This document shows, piece by piece, positions 39,279 through 48,815 of a DNA stretch of 64,000 bases (its first letter is position 1; each line of letters opens with the position of its first letter). Under the pieces are notes generated by a model. It saw only the letters and a list, made by a program, of their open reading frames with translations. It ran no database searches and was not told where the DNA came from. The stretch is from a virus (Duplodnaviria; Heunggongvirae; Uroviricota; Caudoviricetes), in the IMG/VR virus record IMGVR_UViG_3300040801_004519, positions 5,231 to 69,230 of that record. One strand, given 5' to 3'. The translations under genes and the position numbers were made by a program.

Positions 39279-40292
39279 ATGCGTATTCTGATATTTACTG
39301 ATGCGTGGGAACCACAAGTAAATGGTGTAGTTCGTACAATGACTACCACAACCCGCATCCTCCGGGACCGGGGACATGAGGTGAAGGTTGTTAGTCCGAA
39401 TGATTTTGCTTGCTGGCCACAAGCATTTACAAGTTGGGCCGATCCTGGAATCAAGTTCTGTATTGCGCCCCCACTTCTCAAGTCATCCTCTATCGTTAAA
39501 AGCTTTCGACCAGACACCATTCACGTCTGTACCGAAGGCCCTATCGGTTGGGCTGCCTTAGCATATTGTGTTTCTAAATCAATTCCGTTCACTACAACGT
39601 ATCATACAAAGTTTCCAGAGTATCTAAAAAAGAGATTTGGTGTCCCGACAAAAGCAGGATATGCGTATGAACGATCTTTTCACAATTTCGCTTCTCGAAC
39701 GATGTATGCTACTGATTCTCTTCGTGATGAGTTAGTGCAAAATGGGATCACACGACTGGCAAAATGGGAAAGGGGCGTAGACGCCAATCTGTTTCATCCT
39801 GATAGGCGAAAAGTTCACAATGGACTTCCTGTAGCACTGTATTTTGGCCGTGTCTCTAAGGAGAAGAATATCGAGGCTTTTCTAAATTCAGAATGGTCTG
39901 GTCATAAGATTGTCGTTGGGGATGGCCCACATCTTGATGCACTAAAGTCCAAATATCCTAATGTTGAATATACTGGGAAGCTTGTTGGGAAGGAACTAGC
40001 TGAAGTGGTTGCCTCGGCAGATGTATCAGTGTTTCCAAGTAAAACCGACACTTATGGACTGACCATGATCGAGTCCATGGCCTGTGGGACTCCAGTGGCT
40101 GCATTTAATGTCACGGGACCAAGGGATGTAATTCTGCATGGGAAAACGGGGTATCTTTCGAATGACGAATCACTTTCAGAAGCCATGCATAGCTCTTTGT
40201 CCGTGAGCAGAAAGGAATGCAGGAAATTTGCCGAGGGAAAAACATGGGAAGTCTGTACAGATCAATTCTACAGCAACCTTGTTTTTATTTAG
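39279..40292 (+). CDS. GT4 glycosyltransferase, Agt-like (glycolipid synthase)
   Basis: MRILIFTDAWEPQVNGVVRT, IHVCTEGPIG, YHTKFPEY, RGVD, GRVSKEKN, FPSKTDTYGL..ESMACGTPVAAF. Confidence 0.8.
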   Translation: MRILIFTDAWEPQVNGVVRTMTTTTRILRDRGHEVKVVSPNDFACWPQAFTSWADPGIKFCIAPPLLKSSSIVKSFRPDTIHVCTEGPIGWAALAYCVSKSIPFTTTYHTKFPEYLKKRFGVPTKAGYAYERSFHNFASRTMYATDSLRDELVQNGITRLAKWERGVDANLFHPDRRKVHNGLPVALYFGRVSKEKNIEAFLNSEWSGHKIVVGDGPHLDALKSKYPNVEYTGKLVGKELAEVVASADVSVFPSKTDTYGLTMIESMACGTPVAAFNVTGPRDVILHGKTGYLSNDESLSEAMHSSLSVSRKECRKFAEGKTWEVCTDQFYSNLVFI

Positions 40293-40300
40293 GACTCATT

Positions 40301-41131
40301 GTGCATTATCGAACCCTTTTCTTCTCAGATATACACCTAGGAAGCTCCGGTGCCCAAGCAGATGCATTTCTGTCATTTATAAAAGATAAGAGCTTCGATA
40401 AGATATACGTTGTCGGCGATTTTGTTGATTTCTGGTCACTTAAGCGAAAGGGGAAGCAATGGACTCAGGAGCACAATGATGTTCTTCAAAAGCTTCTCAA
40501 AAAACACCGAAAAGGTGCAGATTGCACCTGGATCGTAGGAAATCACGATGAATTCATGTCTCAATTTTCTGGTGAAAATTTTGGTGGTATTGATGTAATG
40601 CTTCAAGACGTTCATGTCGCTGCTGATGGTAAGAAGTATTTCATTATGCATGGACACGAACTCGATGCGATCATGCTTAACGCCAAATGGGCCATGCACC
40701 TTGGCTCAAGAGCTTATGATATTCTACTGTGGCTCAACCCCTATATGCGAAAAATATTCAATTTGTTCGGACATAAGCATTTTTCGTTGAGTGCCTATGT
40801 CAAGTATAAAGTAAAGGGCGCTGTAAACTTCATCAGTGATTTTGAAGACGGTATCGCGGGATATGCAAAGAGACATGATGTAGATGGTGTAATTTGTGGC
40901 CACGTTCATGTCCCATCAATGACAAAGCTTGACAGCGTTTTTTATCTGAATACTGGGGATTGGGTGGAATCACTGTCTTGTATAGTTGAACACGCAAGCG
41001 GAAAAATGGAATTGTTAAAAATGCATGAAGGAGTTATGGTGTCTTGTGCGGAAATTAATGCACATGAGGAAAAGGTGGTCTACAGTCGAAGAGAATTACT
41101 TACGCCAAACGTGGGGCAAACTACCAAGTAG
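40301..41131 (+). CDS. PlcP-like phospholipase C (LpxH-like metallophosphoesterase)
   Basis: YRTLFFSDIHLG, VGDFVDFW, HNDVLQKLLKK, GNHDEF, HGHELD, VKGAVNFI, DGVICGHVH, YLNTGDWVES. GTG start at 40301. Confidence 0.8.
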   Translation: MHYRTLFFSDIHLGSSGAQADAFLSFIKDKSFDKIYVVGDFVDFWSLKRKGKQWTQEHNDVLQKLLKKHRKGADCTWIVGNHDEFMSQFSGENFGGIDVMLQDVHVAADGKKYFIMHGHELDAIMLNAKWAMHLGSRAYDILLWLNPYMRKIFNLFGHKHFSLSAYVKYKVKGAVNFISDFEDGIAGYAKRHDVDGVICGHVHVPSMTKLDSVFYLNTGDWVESLSCIVEHASGKMELLKMHEGVMVSCAEINAHEEKVVYSRRELLTPNVGQTTK

Positions 41132-41792
41132 TCAAATCTGTCAGAACTTAAACAGAGACTATTGTTCGATAAACCACAAAGCTTCGAGGCTTAAATTGAA
41201 AGGCTCCGGTGTATCTAAGAGAATCTACAGGTATAATGAGTCGTTCTTCTCAGATTTCAATGCCCTATCTTGTTATTGGGCTGGGTTCATAGCAGCAGAT
41301 GGCTATATTAAACAAGTATCACCAGAACTCTCGATTAAGCTTGGCATAAAAGATATAGATCATTTATCTCATTTTTCTCAAGATATCGAGTATACTGGAT
41401 CAATCAAAACCGGCATCATTGCGAATGATCGAAAATACTGTCGCATTCGTTTATGTCATGCTGAGAAGATTGTTCAAGATTTAAACATTAATTTTGGGAT
41501 ATACCAAAAAAAAAGTTTTACGTTCTCGCCACCAGTCCTGGAGGGTGCAAATAGAATTGCTTTCGCCAAAGGACTTATAGATGGTGATGGGTGGCTCGCG
41601 AGTGGGAATCGCATTGGGTTCTGCGGCACAAAATTGGCTTGTGAATTTGTAAAGGAAACTTTTGAAAGCAAAGGGGAAGTTACTAAGCTTAGAAAAATAT
41701 ACCAAACCATAATCCCGAAAGCGAACGTTTTTGCGTTTAAAGATTATTTGGACGCCGTTGGCAGAGGGCTTAAAAGAAAATGGGCTGCATGA
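41058..41792 (+). mobile_element. Free-standing LAGLIDADG homing endonuclease with N-terminal HTH
   Basis: YWAGFIAADG and FAKGLIDGDG motifs; RWSTVEENYL HTH-like start; overlaps the plcP 3' end. Confidence 0.85.
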
Positions 41793-41896
41793 TCGATGAT
41801 ACACGCTACCTCAACTGCGGAGACTGGGTTGAGTCTCTTTCCGCTGTTGTTGAACATGCTGATGGGCGAATAGAGCTTGTTAAGTTCCAAAAATAA
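41789..41896 (+). pseudogene. Displaced duplicate of the PlcP C-terminus (35 aa)
   Basis: MIDDTRYLNCGDWVESLSAVVEHADGRIELVKFQK* aligns with KLDSVFYLNTGDWVESLSCIVEHASGKMELLK inside plcP. Confidence 0.85.
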
Positions 41897-41923
41897 AGTT
41901 TTCTCCTACAGTTGCCGATACTA

Positions 41924-41957
41924 GCAATATCATGACGCTATGATGTCACGATATTGC
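41924..41957. promoter_or_regulatory. Inverted repeat, candidate operator
   Basis: GCAATATC-a-TGAC-N8-GTCA-c-GATATTGC, 11 nt before the ATG of an RHH-like gene. Confidence 0.5.
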
Positions 41958-41968
41958 GAAGGAAAGCT

Positions 41969-43072
41969 ATGGAAGAGAAAACAGTACCAGTAACCGTTAG
42001 ACTGCCGGAATTTATACTTGAAGGCCTTAAGAAAGATGCTAGATTGAGGTCTTTTGCAGAAGGGACTGACATTAATCATGTGGATTTGATTAGAAACTCA
42101 CTCTCCAAGGAGTATGGGTCTTATTTGAATGATAATTTTGGTGATAAAGAATATTCGAAACTAAGTGGTGCCGAACAAAAGCTTGTGGACATGATGAACC
42201 GCCAGCGAAATTTCCTCACTGAATACCAGATAAAGGAATTTAGCAAATCAGAAGCTGGAAGCCATATCCAAAAACTTCTTGACGAAGAAGATTGGCAGGG
42301 TTTGCAGGGAGTATATGAGCGAACAGGCAACTGTTGGCTCCAGAAGGACAATCTTGCCTTTAGACTTTTAATGGAGGTTTGTGACGAAACTCGCGCTAGA
42401 TTGATTATTCGAGATACCTCAAGTATCGCTTCGATTTTAGGAAATCGCGGGGCTATACCTACTTCGATAACAGAGTTTGAAGAGATTTCGTCCCCTGTAT
42501 TTTCCGTAGGTTCTTTAAATGAAATTCGGTCCAGCGAACACGAGGGTCAAGCTTATAAGTGGTTCTCTCTCTTTAAGTCTCAGCTTAATGCTATGTCTAA
42601 AGAGATAACAAACAACATGATGACTCTTCTACTTTCTGCAACCTCAATAAACGGTCAGAGCGAGCAGCTTGAAGATATACAGAAGCTACAAGAGCATCAT
42701 ATCCAAAAAGCTGTGGTTGAAGTATCTCGACACGACCTTGTGCCTGATAAGATAGTTATGAGTGTTCCCGTGTACGTGTCACTCAGACTTCGATTTCCAA
42801 GCTCGATTTCTGCTCCACCCCTACCCCTTGCGATTGATTCCAAGAAGTTTGGGTTTTGGAACGGCGTTCCAATTCTGGCTGATGCCCGCATACAGGATTC
42901 CCTATGTGTCCTTGCGAGGCCTGACGATGTTGGAGTATTCTGGAAAGTTGGTAGGAATAGCTTTAAATTAAAAGATAACATCAACAAATCTTCTATTGAA
43001 GTCGCTGCAACTTCGAGACTTTCTCTCGTCGTGATAAATGACTATGGAATCGCTTCTATTGTATTTGATTGA
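41969..43072 (+). CDS. N-terminal ribbon-helix-helix-like domain fused to a degenerate major-capsid-like domain
   Basis: VPVTVRLPEFILEGLKKDA is RHH-like. The C-terminal FWNGVPIL...VLARPDDVG...VINDYGIA resembles the C-terminus of large-phage capsid proteins. Confidence 0.4.
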   Translation: MEEKTVPVTVRLPEFILEGLKKDARLRSFAEGTDINHVDLIRNSLSKEYGSYLNDNFGDKEYSKLSGAEQKLVDMMNRQRNFLTEYQIKEFSKSEAGSHIQKLLDEEDWQGLQGVYERTGNCWLQKDNLAFRLLMEVCDETRARLIIRDTSSIASILGNRGAIPTSITEFEEISSPVFSVGSLNEIRSSEHEGQAYKWFSLFKSQLNAMSKEITNNMMTLLLSATSINGQSEQLEDIQKLQEHHIQKAVVEVSRHDLVPDKIVMSVPVYVSLRLRFPSSISAPPLPLAIDSKKFGFWNGVPILADARIQDSLCVLARPDDVGVFWKVGRNSFKLKDNINKSSIEVAATSRLSLVVINDYGIASIVFD

Positions 43073-43094
43073 CAGTATTGACGATAATCTATTT

Positions 43095-43817
43095 ATGGCT
43101 GAAATATCTTTACCCCAGATGTTGGATCGAGTTTACTCTAAAATTCCTGACACTAAGGGTTGCATGGAGAATCTAGATACTTGTGGGGCGTGGTGCTGTC
43201 GAGAACAAACACCCCATGCCCTCAAAAGTGAGTTTGGGTCACTTTGGGAATCCGTTACATCCAAGGGACCAGAGTATGTTATTGCAACAGTTGTCAGAGC
43301 GGTTGGCAATTATCTTTCATCTTCTCTCAATAAAGGTTGCGTATTCTGGGATCAAAATACGAAGATGTGTCAGGAGCATGAGAGGAGGCCTTTTGCCTGT
43401 AGAACCTACGGCATTATGCCTGAAGAAGAATGGAAGCCGCGTTACGAGAAGCTTAAAGTTCTCAACAACGATCTGCGCCCCCAGTGTGGTTTGGTTAGTA
43501 CAGAAAGTGGCGAAGAATTTTCGAAAGAAGAGAGTGATAGGCTGTGGCAAGAATTACTTAAGTATGAGCCAATTGTTGGCGTCCAGCACGACGGCGTGCG
43601 TGAGGGACCGGATGGGAACTATAAATCTCTACACGATCATATTGTTGTGGAATTTTTCCCCAAAGAAGTGGTGCGGCAGTTATCCCATGCTCGGATATCT
43701 TCCTCAGATGAAGCGAAGAAATCACTTCTACAAACTATCGAGTCAATGCTCAGGAAAAATTTAGGAATTGAAAATGGAAATATCGAACGCAGCACGAACG
43801 ACGAACGCACTGATTAA
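43095..43817 (+). CDS. YkgJ-family Cys-cluster (Fe-S/Zn) protein
   Basis: CMENLDTCGAWCC, CVFWD...CQEHERRPFACRTYG. ATG at 43095 preferred. Confidence 0.75.
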   Translation: MAEISLPQMLDRVYSKIPDTKGCMENLDTCGAWCCREQTPHALKSEFGSLWESVTSKGPEYVIATVVRAVGNYLSSSLNKGCVFWDQNTKMCQEHERRPFACRTYGIMPEEEWKPRYEKLKVLNNDLRPQCGLVSTESGEEFSKEESDRLWQELLKYEPIVGVQHDGVREGPDGNYKSLHDHIVVEFFPKEVVRQLSHARISSSDEAKKSLLQTIESMLRKNLGIENGNIERSTNDERTD

Positions 43818-44133
43818 AGACGCGAGCTACAATCGTTTGCGTGATGAAGTTGTTTGGGAATGTGTCCTTCCGGGAGGAGTTCCACATACACTCAGATGGC
43901 CTAGAGTTGACTTCGGCCCTTCCATGGGCATCCAGGCCAACATACCGGCAAGCTTGGTAGAGGATTTTCTACCCAAGATTATTGGTCGTGAGATGAAGCT
44001 CGTTATTGACCTTCCGCCACTTTCTGACGAAGATATGAGCATGGAGAACATCATTGGTGAAGCTGATAGATTCGCGGATGGGTTATATGAAGGTAATAAC
44101 GAAAAGAACAAGCTGAAAAGAAAGAATATGTAA
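43768..44133 (+). CDS. Hypothetical protein
   Basis: 121-aa ORF; no motif recognised. Confidence 0.45.
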   Translation: MKMEISNAARTTNALIKDASYNRLRDEVVWECVLPGGVPHTLRWPRVDFGPSMGIQANIPASLVEDFLPKIIGREMKLVIDLPPLSDEDMSMENIIGEADRFADGLYEGNNEKNKLKRKNM

Positions 44134-44134
44134 A

Positions 44135-44413
44135 ATGGTACAAGTAAAATTATATGGAAGCGATGACTGTGACAGGTGCATGGAATGCAAAAAACACCTT
44201 AAATCTCTATATGCAGATGGAAGATTGGGCGTAGATTTTCAATTTATTGATGCGATGGCAGATGAAAATCAAGATGAATGTGACGAAAATGAAGTATGGG
44301 ATTTGCCTCATGTCCAAGTTATAAGTGCGGGAAAACTTTTAAAAGTGTTTATTGAACCTAGGCCCCAAGAGGTCTCAGAGTATATTGAGATGCATGGTCT
44401 CCTTTACTGCTGA
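44135..44413 (+). CDS. Glutaredoxin/thioredoxin-like protein
   Basis: VKLYGSDDCDRC (CxxC) and LPHV cis-Pro motif. Confidence 0.65.
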   Translation: MVQVKLYGSDDCDRCMECKKHLKSLYADGRLGVDFQFIDAMADENQDECDENEVWDLPHVQVISAGKLLKVFIEPRPQEVSEYIEMHGLLYC

Positions 44414-44417
44414 TTCC

Positions 44418-44445
44418 TTGACCGGTGAACTTTTGAGGATACAAT
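44418..44445 (+). promoter_or_regulatory. Sigma70-like promoter, probably giving a leaderless transcript
   Basis: TTGACC-N16-TACAAT, with ATG 6 nt after the -10 box. Confidence 0.55.
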
Positions 44446-44451
44446 GGTGCG

Positions 44452-45087
44452 ATGGTTGACCCGCACAATCCAATAAAATTTGATCGAACTAAGAGCGAAC
44501 TCGAAGAATGGTTCTTGTTTTCGATCATAGTCGCTGGGAAAAGAGCTTCATTTGGTTCAGAAAAAGCTGAACGGGTGATCAATGAATCAAGAAGTTTTGC
44601 AGATCAGGTCGGAATTGAGTGTGGGAAAATGCCCCTTGATGCATTACTGGCACTCGCCAGACGCGAGGTTAATAGTGGACTAAAGCTTGTAAGGCCCCTG
44701 TTAATGAAGGTGCGAACTGGAAAATACGACTCGCTGAGCAAAGCTTTTATCTATCTTGCTGAAAATCCCCTGGATTTCTCTACTTGCACTCTTGATGATC
44801 TTGAAAAGATTCCTGGGGTAGGTCCAAAAACTGCGAGGATGTTTCTCCTTCACAGTAGGTCGGACCAACAATATGCCGCGTTAGATACGCATATCTTAGC
44901 CCATTTAAGAGAGAATGGGATCGACGCACCCAAAGCCACTCCGTCAAGCTCACGAAAATACAAGCAACTCGAAGATGAATTTCTTAAGTTAGCGGAGTCT
45001 AAAGGCATGACACCTAGTGACTACGACATCATGATCTGGAAAGAGAAGACCCTGACAAAACCCGCACACGAAGTGGTTTCTCGGTGA
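44452..45087 (+). CDS. HhH-GPD superfamily DNA glycosylase-like protein
   Basis: LEKIPGVGPKTARMFL, ALDTHI, YKQLEDEF. Confidence 0.75.
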   Translation: MVDPHNPIKFDRTKSELEEWFLFSIIVAGKRASFGSEKAERVINESRSFADQVGIECGKMPLDALLALARREVNSGLKLVRPLLMKVRTGKYDSLSKAFIYLAENPLDFSTCTLDDLEKIPGVGPKTARMFLLHSRSDQQYAALDTHILAHLRENGIDAPKATPSSSRKYKQLEDEFLKLAESKGMTPSDYDIMIWKEKTLTKPAHEVVSR

Positions 45088-45099
45088 GTGAAAAACGGC

Positions 45100-45127
45100 T
45101 TGCCAATACTGCTTGAGTGGCTATCAT
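45100..45127 (+). promoter_or_regulatory. Sigma70-like promoter upstream of uvrD
   Basis: TTGCCA-N16-TATCAT. Confidence 0.5.
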
Positions 45128-45176
45128 GTGGCTCAGCGACGACTTTTACGACCCACCCACGAAGAGATGAGACTGT

Positions 45177-47192
45177 ATGCAGCTTAACGAAGACCAAGAG
45201 AGACTAGCTTCCCACCGCACAGGTCGTGCCCTTGCCTTGGCATGCCCAGGGTCGGGCAAGACGGCAACCCTTACAGAGCGAACCTCTCGCCTCGTAAATG
45301 AGGGTGTGAATCCCAAGAACATATTGTGTGTGACTTTTACGAATAAGGCTGCTGCCGAAATGCGGGAGAGGGTGGTCCGAAAAGTAGGTGAGTCGGGAGA
45401 AGGGATATACGTCAGCACATTCCATGCACTTTGTGGGCAAATTCTTCGCAGGTTTGGCAAGTCCCTGGGTTATAGCCGTCGTATGACAATTCTTGATACG
45501 GGGGATCAGGTTGATCTTCTAACTCAGATCGCAAGGAAGAAGTACGCTGCCTTGGATATGTCAGATGAGGCAATTCGAGACAATACATCTAAGCCCAAGA
45601 TGAAAAAGATTGCATGGGCTTGTAATGACTGGAGGGAGAAGTTGCAAGGTCGCGATGATCTATTGAAAATGGCAAGTGGTGATGGGCCAATCCATGAAGA
45701 TGAAGTTGATCTGATTGAAGATTACATCAAGCTTATCAGGGAGAGAAATCAAACAGATTTCTCTGGACTGTTGTCGGAGACGGTAAGGCTTCTTCGTACC
45801 GATGAGGACGCAAGGAAGAAGTTGCAGTCTCGTTTCCAGTGGATGCAAATAGACGAGTACCAGGACACGAATGGTGCCCAGATCGAGATTGTGGAACTCC
45901 TTGCTGGACCAGCAGATAACGTTGTTGCTGTGGGTGATGCCGATCAATCTATCTATGCTTTTAGAGGAGCAAATCCCGAAGCCATCAACACGTTCATCAA
46001 TAATGGCAGGGCAAAGAACGGTTGCGAAGTGTTCAAACTTGGTGTTAACTATCGCTGCACTCCAGAAATTGTCAAGGCAGCCGATACGCTGATTAGAAAC
46101 AACCAGACTCGACACGCTTTGCGATTCGAGGCCCACAACCCAAGTGGAGATAAGATCATTGTCAAGATGTTTGACAATCCCACTCAGGAAGCTGAAGCGA
46201 TTGCCGCTAACATCATGGCCCTGCATCGTGAAGGCAACCCTTTTAAAGAGATTGCCATTTTCTATCGGACAAATCAGATGAGTCGGGAAATTGAACAGGC
46301 TCTTCGCAATAAATCGATTCCGTACATCATCAGTGGTGGAGGAAGCTTCTACGACAGGATGGAAATTAAGGACACCATTGCCATCCTGAGGTTCCTTGCG
46401 TCACCCAAGGATGGCATTGCCCTGTCTCGGTTTGCGAATAAGCCTGTACGAAAGTTTGGTCCCTCACTTCTTGGCAAGGTTGAATCGTTTGCGGAAGCGA
46501 ACGATATCGATTTACTACAGTCACTTGAGAGATCAAATGAGTTCCTAAGCGGCGCTCAATTGAAATCCGCGGCAGAGGTCTACCGTGTCCTCGCGTTCCC
46601 TAGAGGCGATCTCTCGGTCAGCCAGATCGCTGCTACAGCCATCGCTAGGCTCAAGTACGATGAATGGATCAAGAAGGAGTACGAGAAGAAGGGCGGCAAG
46701 CGAGAAGTAGATGAGCGGATCAGGAATGTCAATGAGCTAATCAACTCAATTGCACTTTTTTGCAATGATAATCCTGATGCTGATATCTCAGATTATCTCC
46801 AATCGATTACCCTTTACACCGAGGGCGATGATGCCGAGGAGAACGATGATGCTGTTCGCCTGATGACCCTTCATGCATCAAAGGGTCTAGAATTTGAGAC
46901 CGTCTTCATGATTGGCTGCGAGAAGGACATCCTTCCGCACAAAATGTGCATTGATGAGAACCCAGAGTCAGGCTGGGACGAGGAGCGGCGGTTGTGCTAT
47001 GTAGGAATGACTCGCGCCAAGAAGCGTTTGAGGATGTTGCACTGCAAATGCCGCCCTGACACGTTTAACAGGAAGAAGGGGGAACCTGTTATCAAGTACA
47101 ACCCTCCGAGTTTCTACCTTGTGCAAGCAGGCTTGATGGATCAAGAGGAATACGAGCGTATTGTGAAAGCTCAGAAGAACACAGATGAATAA
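45177..47192 (+). CDS. uvrD: UvrD/PcrA SF1 helicase
   Basis: ACPGSGKT, VTFTNKAA, IDEYQD, VGDADQSIYAFRGA, NYRC, TLHASKGLEF, EERRLCYVGMTRAK. Confidence 0.92.
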   Translation: MQLNEDQERLASHRTGRALALACPGSGKTATLTERTSRLVNEGVNPKNILCVTFTNKAAAEMRERVVRKVGESGEGIYVSTFHALCGQILRRFGKSLGYSRRMTILDTGDQVDLLTQIARKKYAALDMSDEAIRDNTSKPKMKKIAWACNDWREKLQGRDDLLKMASGDGPIHEDEVDLIEDYIKLIRERNQTDFSGLLSETVRLLRTDEDARKKLQSRFQWMQIDEYQDTNGAQIEIVELLAGPADNVVAVGDADQSIYAFRGANPEAINTFINNGRAKNGCEVFKLGVNYRCTPEIVKAADTLIRNNQTRHALRFEAHNPSGDKIIVKMFDNPTQEAEAIAANIMALHREGNPFKEIAIFYRTNQMSREIEQALRNKSIPYIISGGGSFYDRMEIKDTIAILRFLASPKDGIALSRFANKPVRKFGPSLLGKVESFAEANDIDLLQSLERSNEFLSGAQLKSAAEVYRVLAFPRGDLSVSQIAATAIARLKYDEWIKKEYEKKGGKREVDERIRNVNELINSIALFCNDNPDADISDYLQSITLYTEGDDAEENDDAVRLMTLHASKGLEFETVFMIGCEKDILPHKMCIDENPESGWDEERRLCYVGMTRAKKRLRMLHCKCRPDTFNRKKGEPVIKYNPPSFYLVQAGLMDQEEYERIVKAQKNTDE

Positions 47193-47222
47193 ATGCCAGG
47201 GCATAAAGGAATCCCTTGGTAG

Positions 47223-47261
47223 TGTCGATAAAGCTATAGGGTAAAACCCAGTTTATCGACA
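47223..47261. promoter_or_regulatory. Long inverted repeat/hairpin ahead of the nonulosonic-acid cluster
   Basis: TGTCGATAAA...TTTATCGACA outer arms with an inner GGGT-AAA-ACCC stem. Confidence 0.45.
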
Positions 47262-47273
47262 ATCTGTGACTCA

Positions 47274-47978
47274 ATGAGTTTAGAAGAGTTCAAAAACCGA
47301 CATCAAGGTCGGCCTGCGTACATTATAGGAAGCGGCCCATCACTTCACTTTGAAAACCTGCATGGTCTTCGAGACGAAGTGGTGTTCGCTGTAAACTCCG
47401 CTGTCTTGAAGTTTCGCAATGCGAAGTATTTTGTTTCAAACGATGCTTCGATAAGTGATTGGGAATACTACTTCAAGGTGCTGCCCGCATTTAGTGGGCA
47501 GTTATTTTTGCGCAGGGATATGTTCAAAGACATCGCTGATGGGTTTCCGCCCAATCGCCTCACATACTTTGATCATGCCAAGTCAAAGTATTCAGAAGAG
47601 GGGGGCTTCTCGATGGATTCTGAGCATTCTCTTTTATGCCCACCTTGTTCTTCGATAACGGCAGCACATCTTGCCTGCATTATGGGCTGTTCTCCTATCA
47701 TTTTGCTTGGAAACGATGGCTGCTACCTTGCTGACAAGGAGCAGTACTGGGGCTTCCCAAAAGAAGTAAAACCTATCCGCCTTCGGGGCAACAATATTTC
47801 TAGCCCTCGAACAATGTCGAATGGAAAAGTCAGCAGCAAAGCACTTTATCGTATCGTTCGATTTTGGGAACTGGTAAAGCGAGATAACCCTGGAGTCGAT
47901 ATAATAAATGCATCATGCAATGGTTTAGTCGATTGCTTTCCTCGACAACCTCTTTCAGATTGTATAACGAGATACTAG
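47274..47978 (+). CDS. DUF115 / MptE-like (Maf-like) protein
   Basis: YIIGSGPSL, FAVNSA, AAHLACIMGCSPIILLGND. Confidence 0.7.
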   Translation: MSLEEFKNRHQGRPAYIIGSGPSLHFENLHGLRDEVVFAVNSAVLKFRNAKYFVSNDASISDWEYYFKVLPAFSGQLFLRRDMFKDIADGFPPNRLTYFDHAKSKYSEEGGFSMDSEHSLLCPPCSSITAAHLACIMGCSPIILLGNDGCYLADKEQYWGFPKEVKPIRLRGNNISSPRTMSNGKVSSKALYRIVRFWELVKRDNPGVDIINASCNGLVDCFPRQPLSDCITRY

Positions 47979-47979
47979 A

Positions 47980-48696
47980 ATGAACGTTGATCCCAGTAGA
48001 GTAATGGCCGTAGTTCCGGCAAGGGCAGGCTCAAAAGGATTGCCAGGAAAAAATCTGAAGCCGATACTTGGTCGCCCTCTGTTCGAGTGGTCCATCTTAG
48101 CTGCCATTAGATGTGAGCTAATCGGGAAAGTGGTCATCTCAACAAACGACGATCAAATAGTATCTCACATTGCTGCAAATTATCCAGATTCCAATAAGGT
48201 GAATCTGGTTGTTCGTCCCGATTCGCTCTGTACCGATGTTTCTTCAACGGAAGACGCCTTGATCCATGCACTTGATCATTTTGATCCAGATGGCGATTGT
48301 ATAGATTGGGTGGTCACCCTTCAACCTACGAGTCCAATTAGAACAAACAACTTAATAGAAAGTTGCTTTTCGAAGCTTCTTTCTCATGATGCGGATAGCC
48401 TCATGACGATATCACGTCATACCCCTTTCTTTTACCACATTAACAGCGATAGCTTGCTTGAGCCTATTCAGCATGATCCATGCGATAGGCCCATGAAGCA
48501 AGACATAGAAGATTGGATGTTTCACGATAACGGCAATGTTTACATCAGTTCACCCGAAGTTTTGAAGCAGACAAATTGTAGAATTGGTAAATGTTGTGTT
48601 GGATACGAAACGGATTTAATGCAATCACTTCAAATTGACACAATTGAAGAATTTGACAACATATCCCATATTGCTTCCAAGTACAAAATTTTATAA
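47980..48696 (+). CDS. neuA: CMP-nonulosonic acid synthetase (acylneuraminate cytidylyltransferase)
   Basis: VPARAGSKGLPGKNL, VISTND, RPDSLCTD, LQPTSPIR, NGNVY, QIDTIEEF. Confidence 0.9.
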   Translation: MNVDPSRVMAVVPARAGSKGLPGKNLKPILGRPLFEWSILAAIRCELIGKVVISTNDDQIVSHIAANYPDSNKVNLVVRPDSLCTDVSSTEDALIHALDHFDPDGDCIDWVVTLQPTSPIRTNNLIESCFSKLLSHDADSLMTISRHTPFFYHINSDSLLEPIQHDPCDRPMKQDIEDWMFHDNGNVYISSPEVLKQTNCRIGKCCVGYETDLMQSLQIDTIEEFDNISHIASKYKIL

Positions 48697-48700
48697 TACT

Positions 48701-48781
48701 ATGAAAAAATTCATAACACAAGATAAAGAGAAGGTTGTAGCAGAGATTGGTGCAAATCACAAAATTTCTAGCCGAAGATAA
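48701..48781 (+). pseudogene. Displaced duplicate of the NeuB N-terminus
   Basis: MKKFITQDKEKVVAEIGANH-KISSRR* matches MKKYENYKKAKVVAEISANH of the downstream neuB. Confidence 0.8.
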
Positions 48782-48815
48782 AGGATTTTGTTGACGAATA
48801 TGGCACCACTACTCC

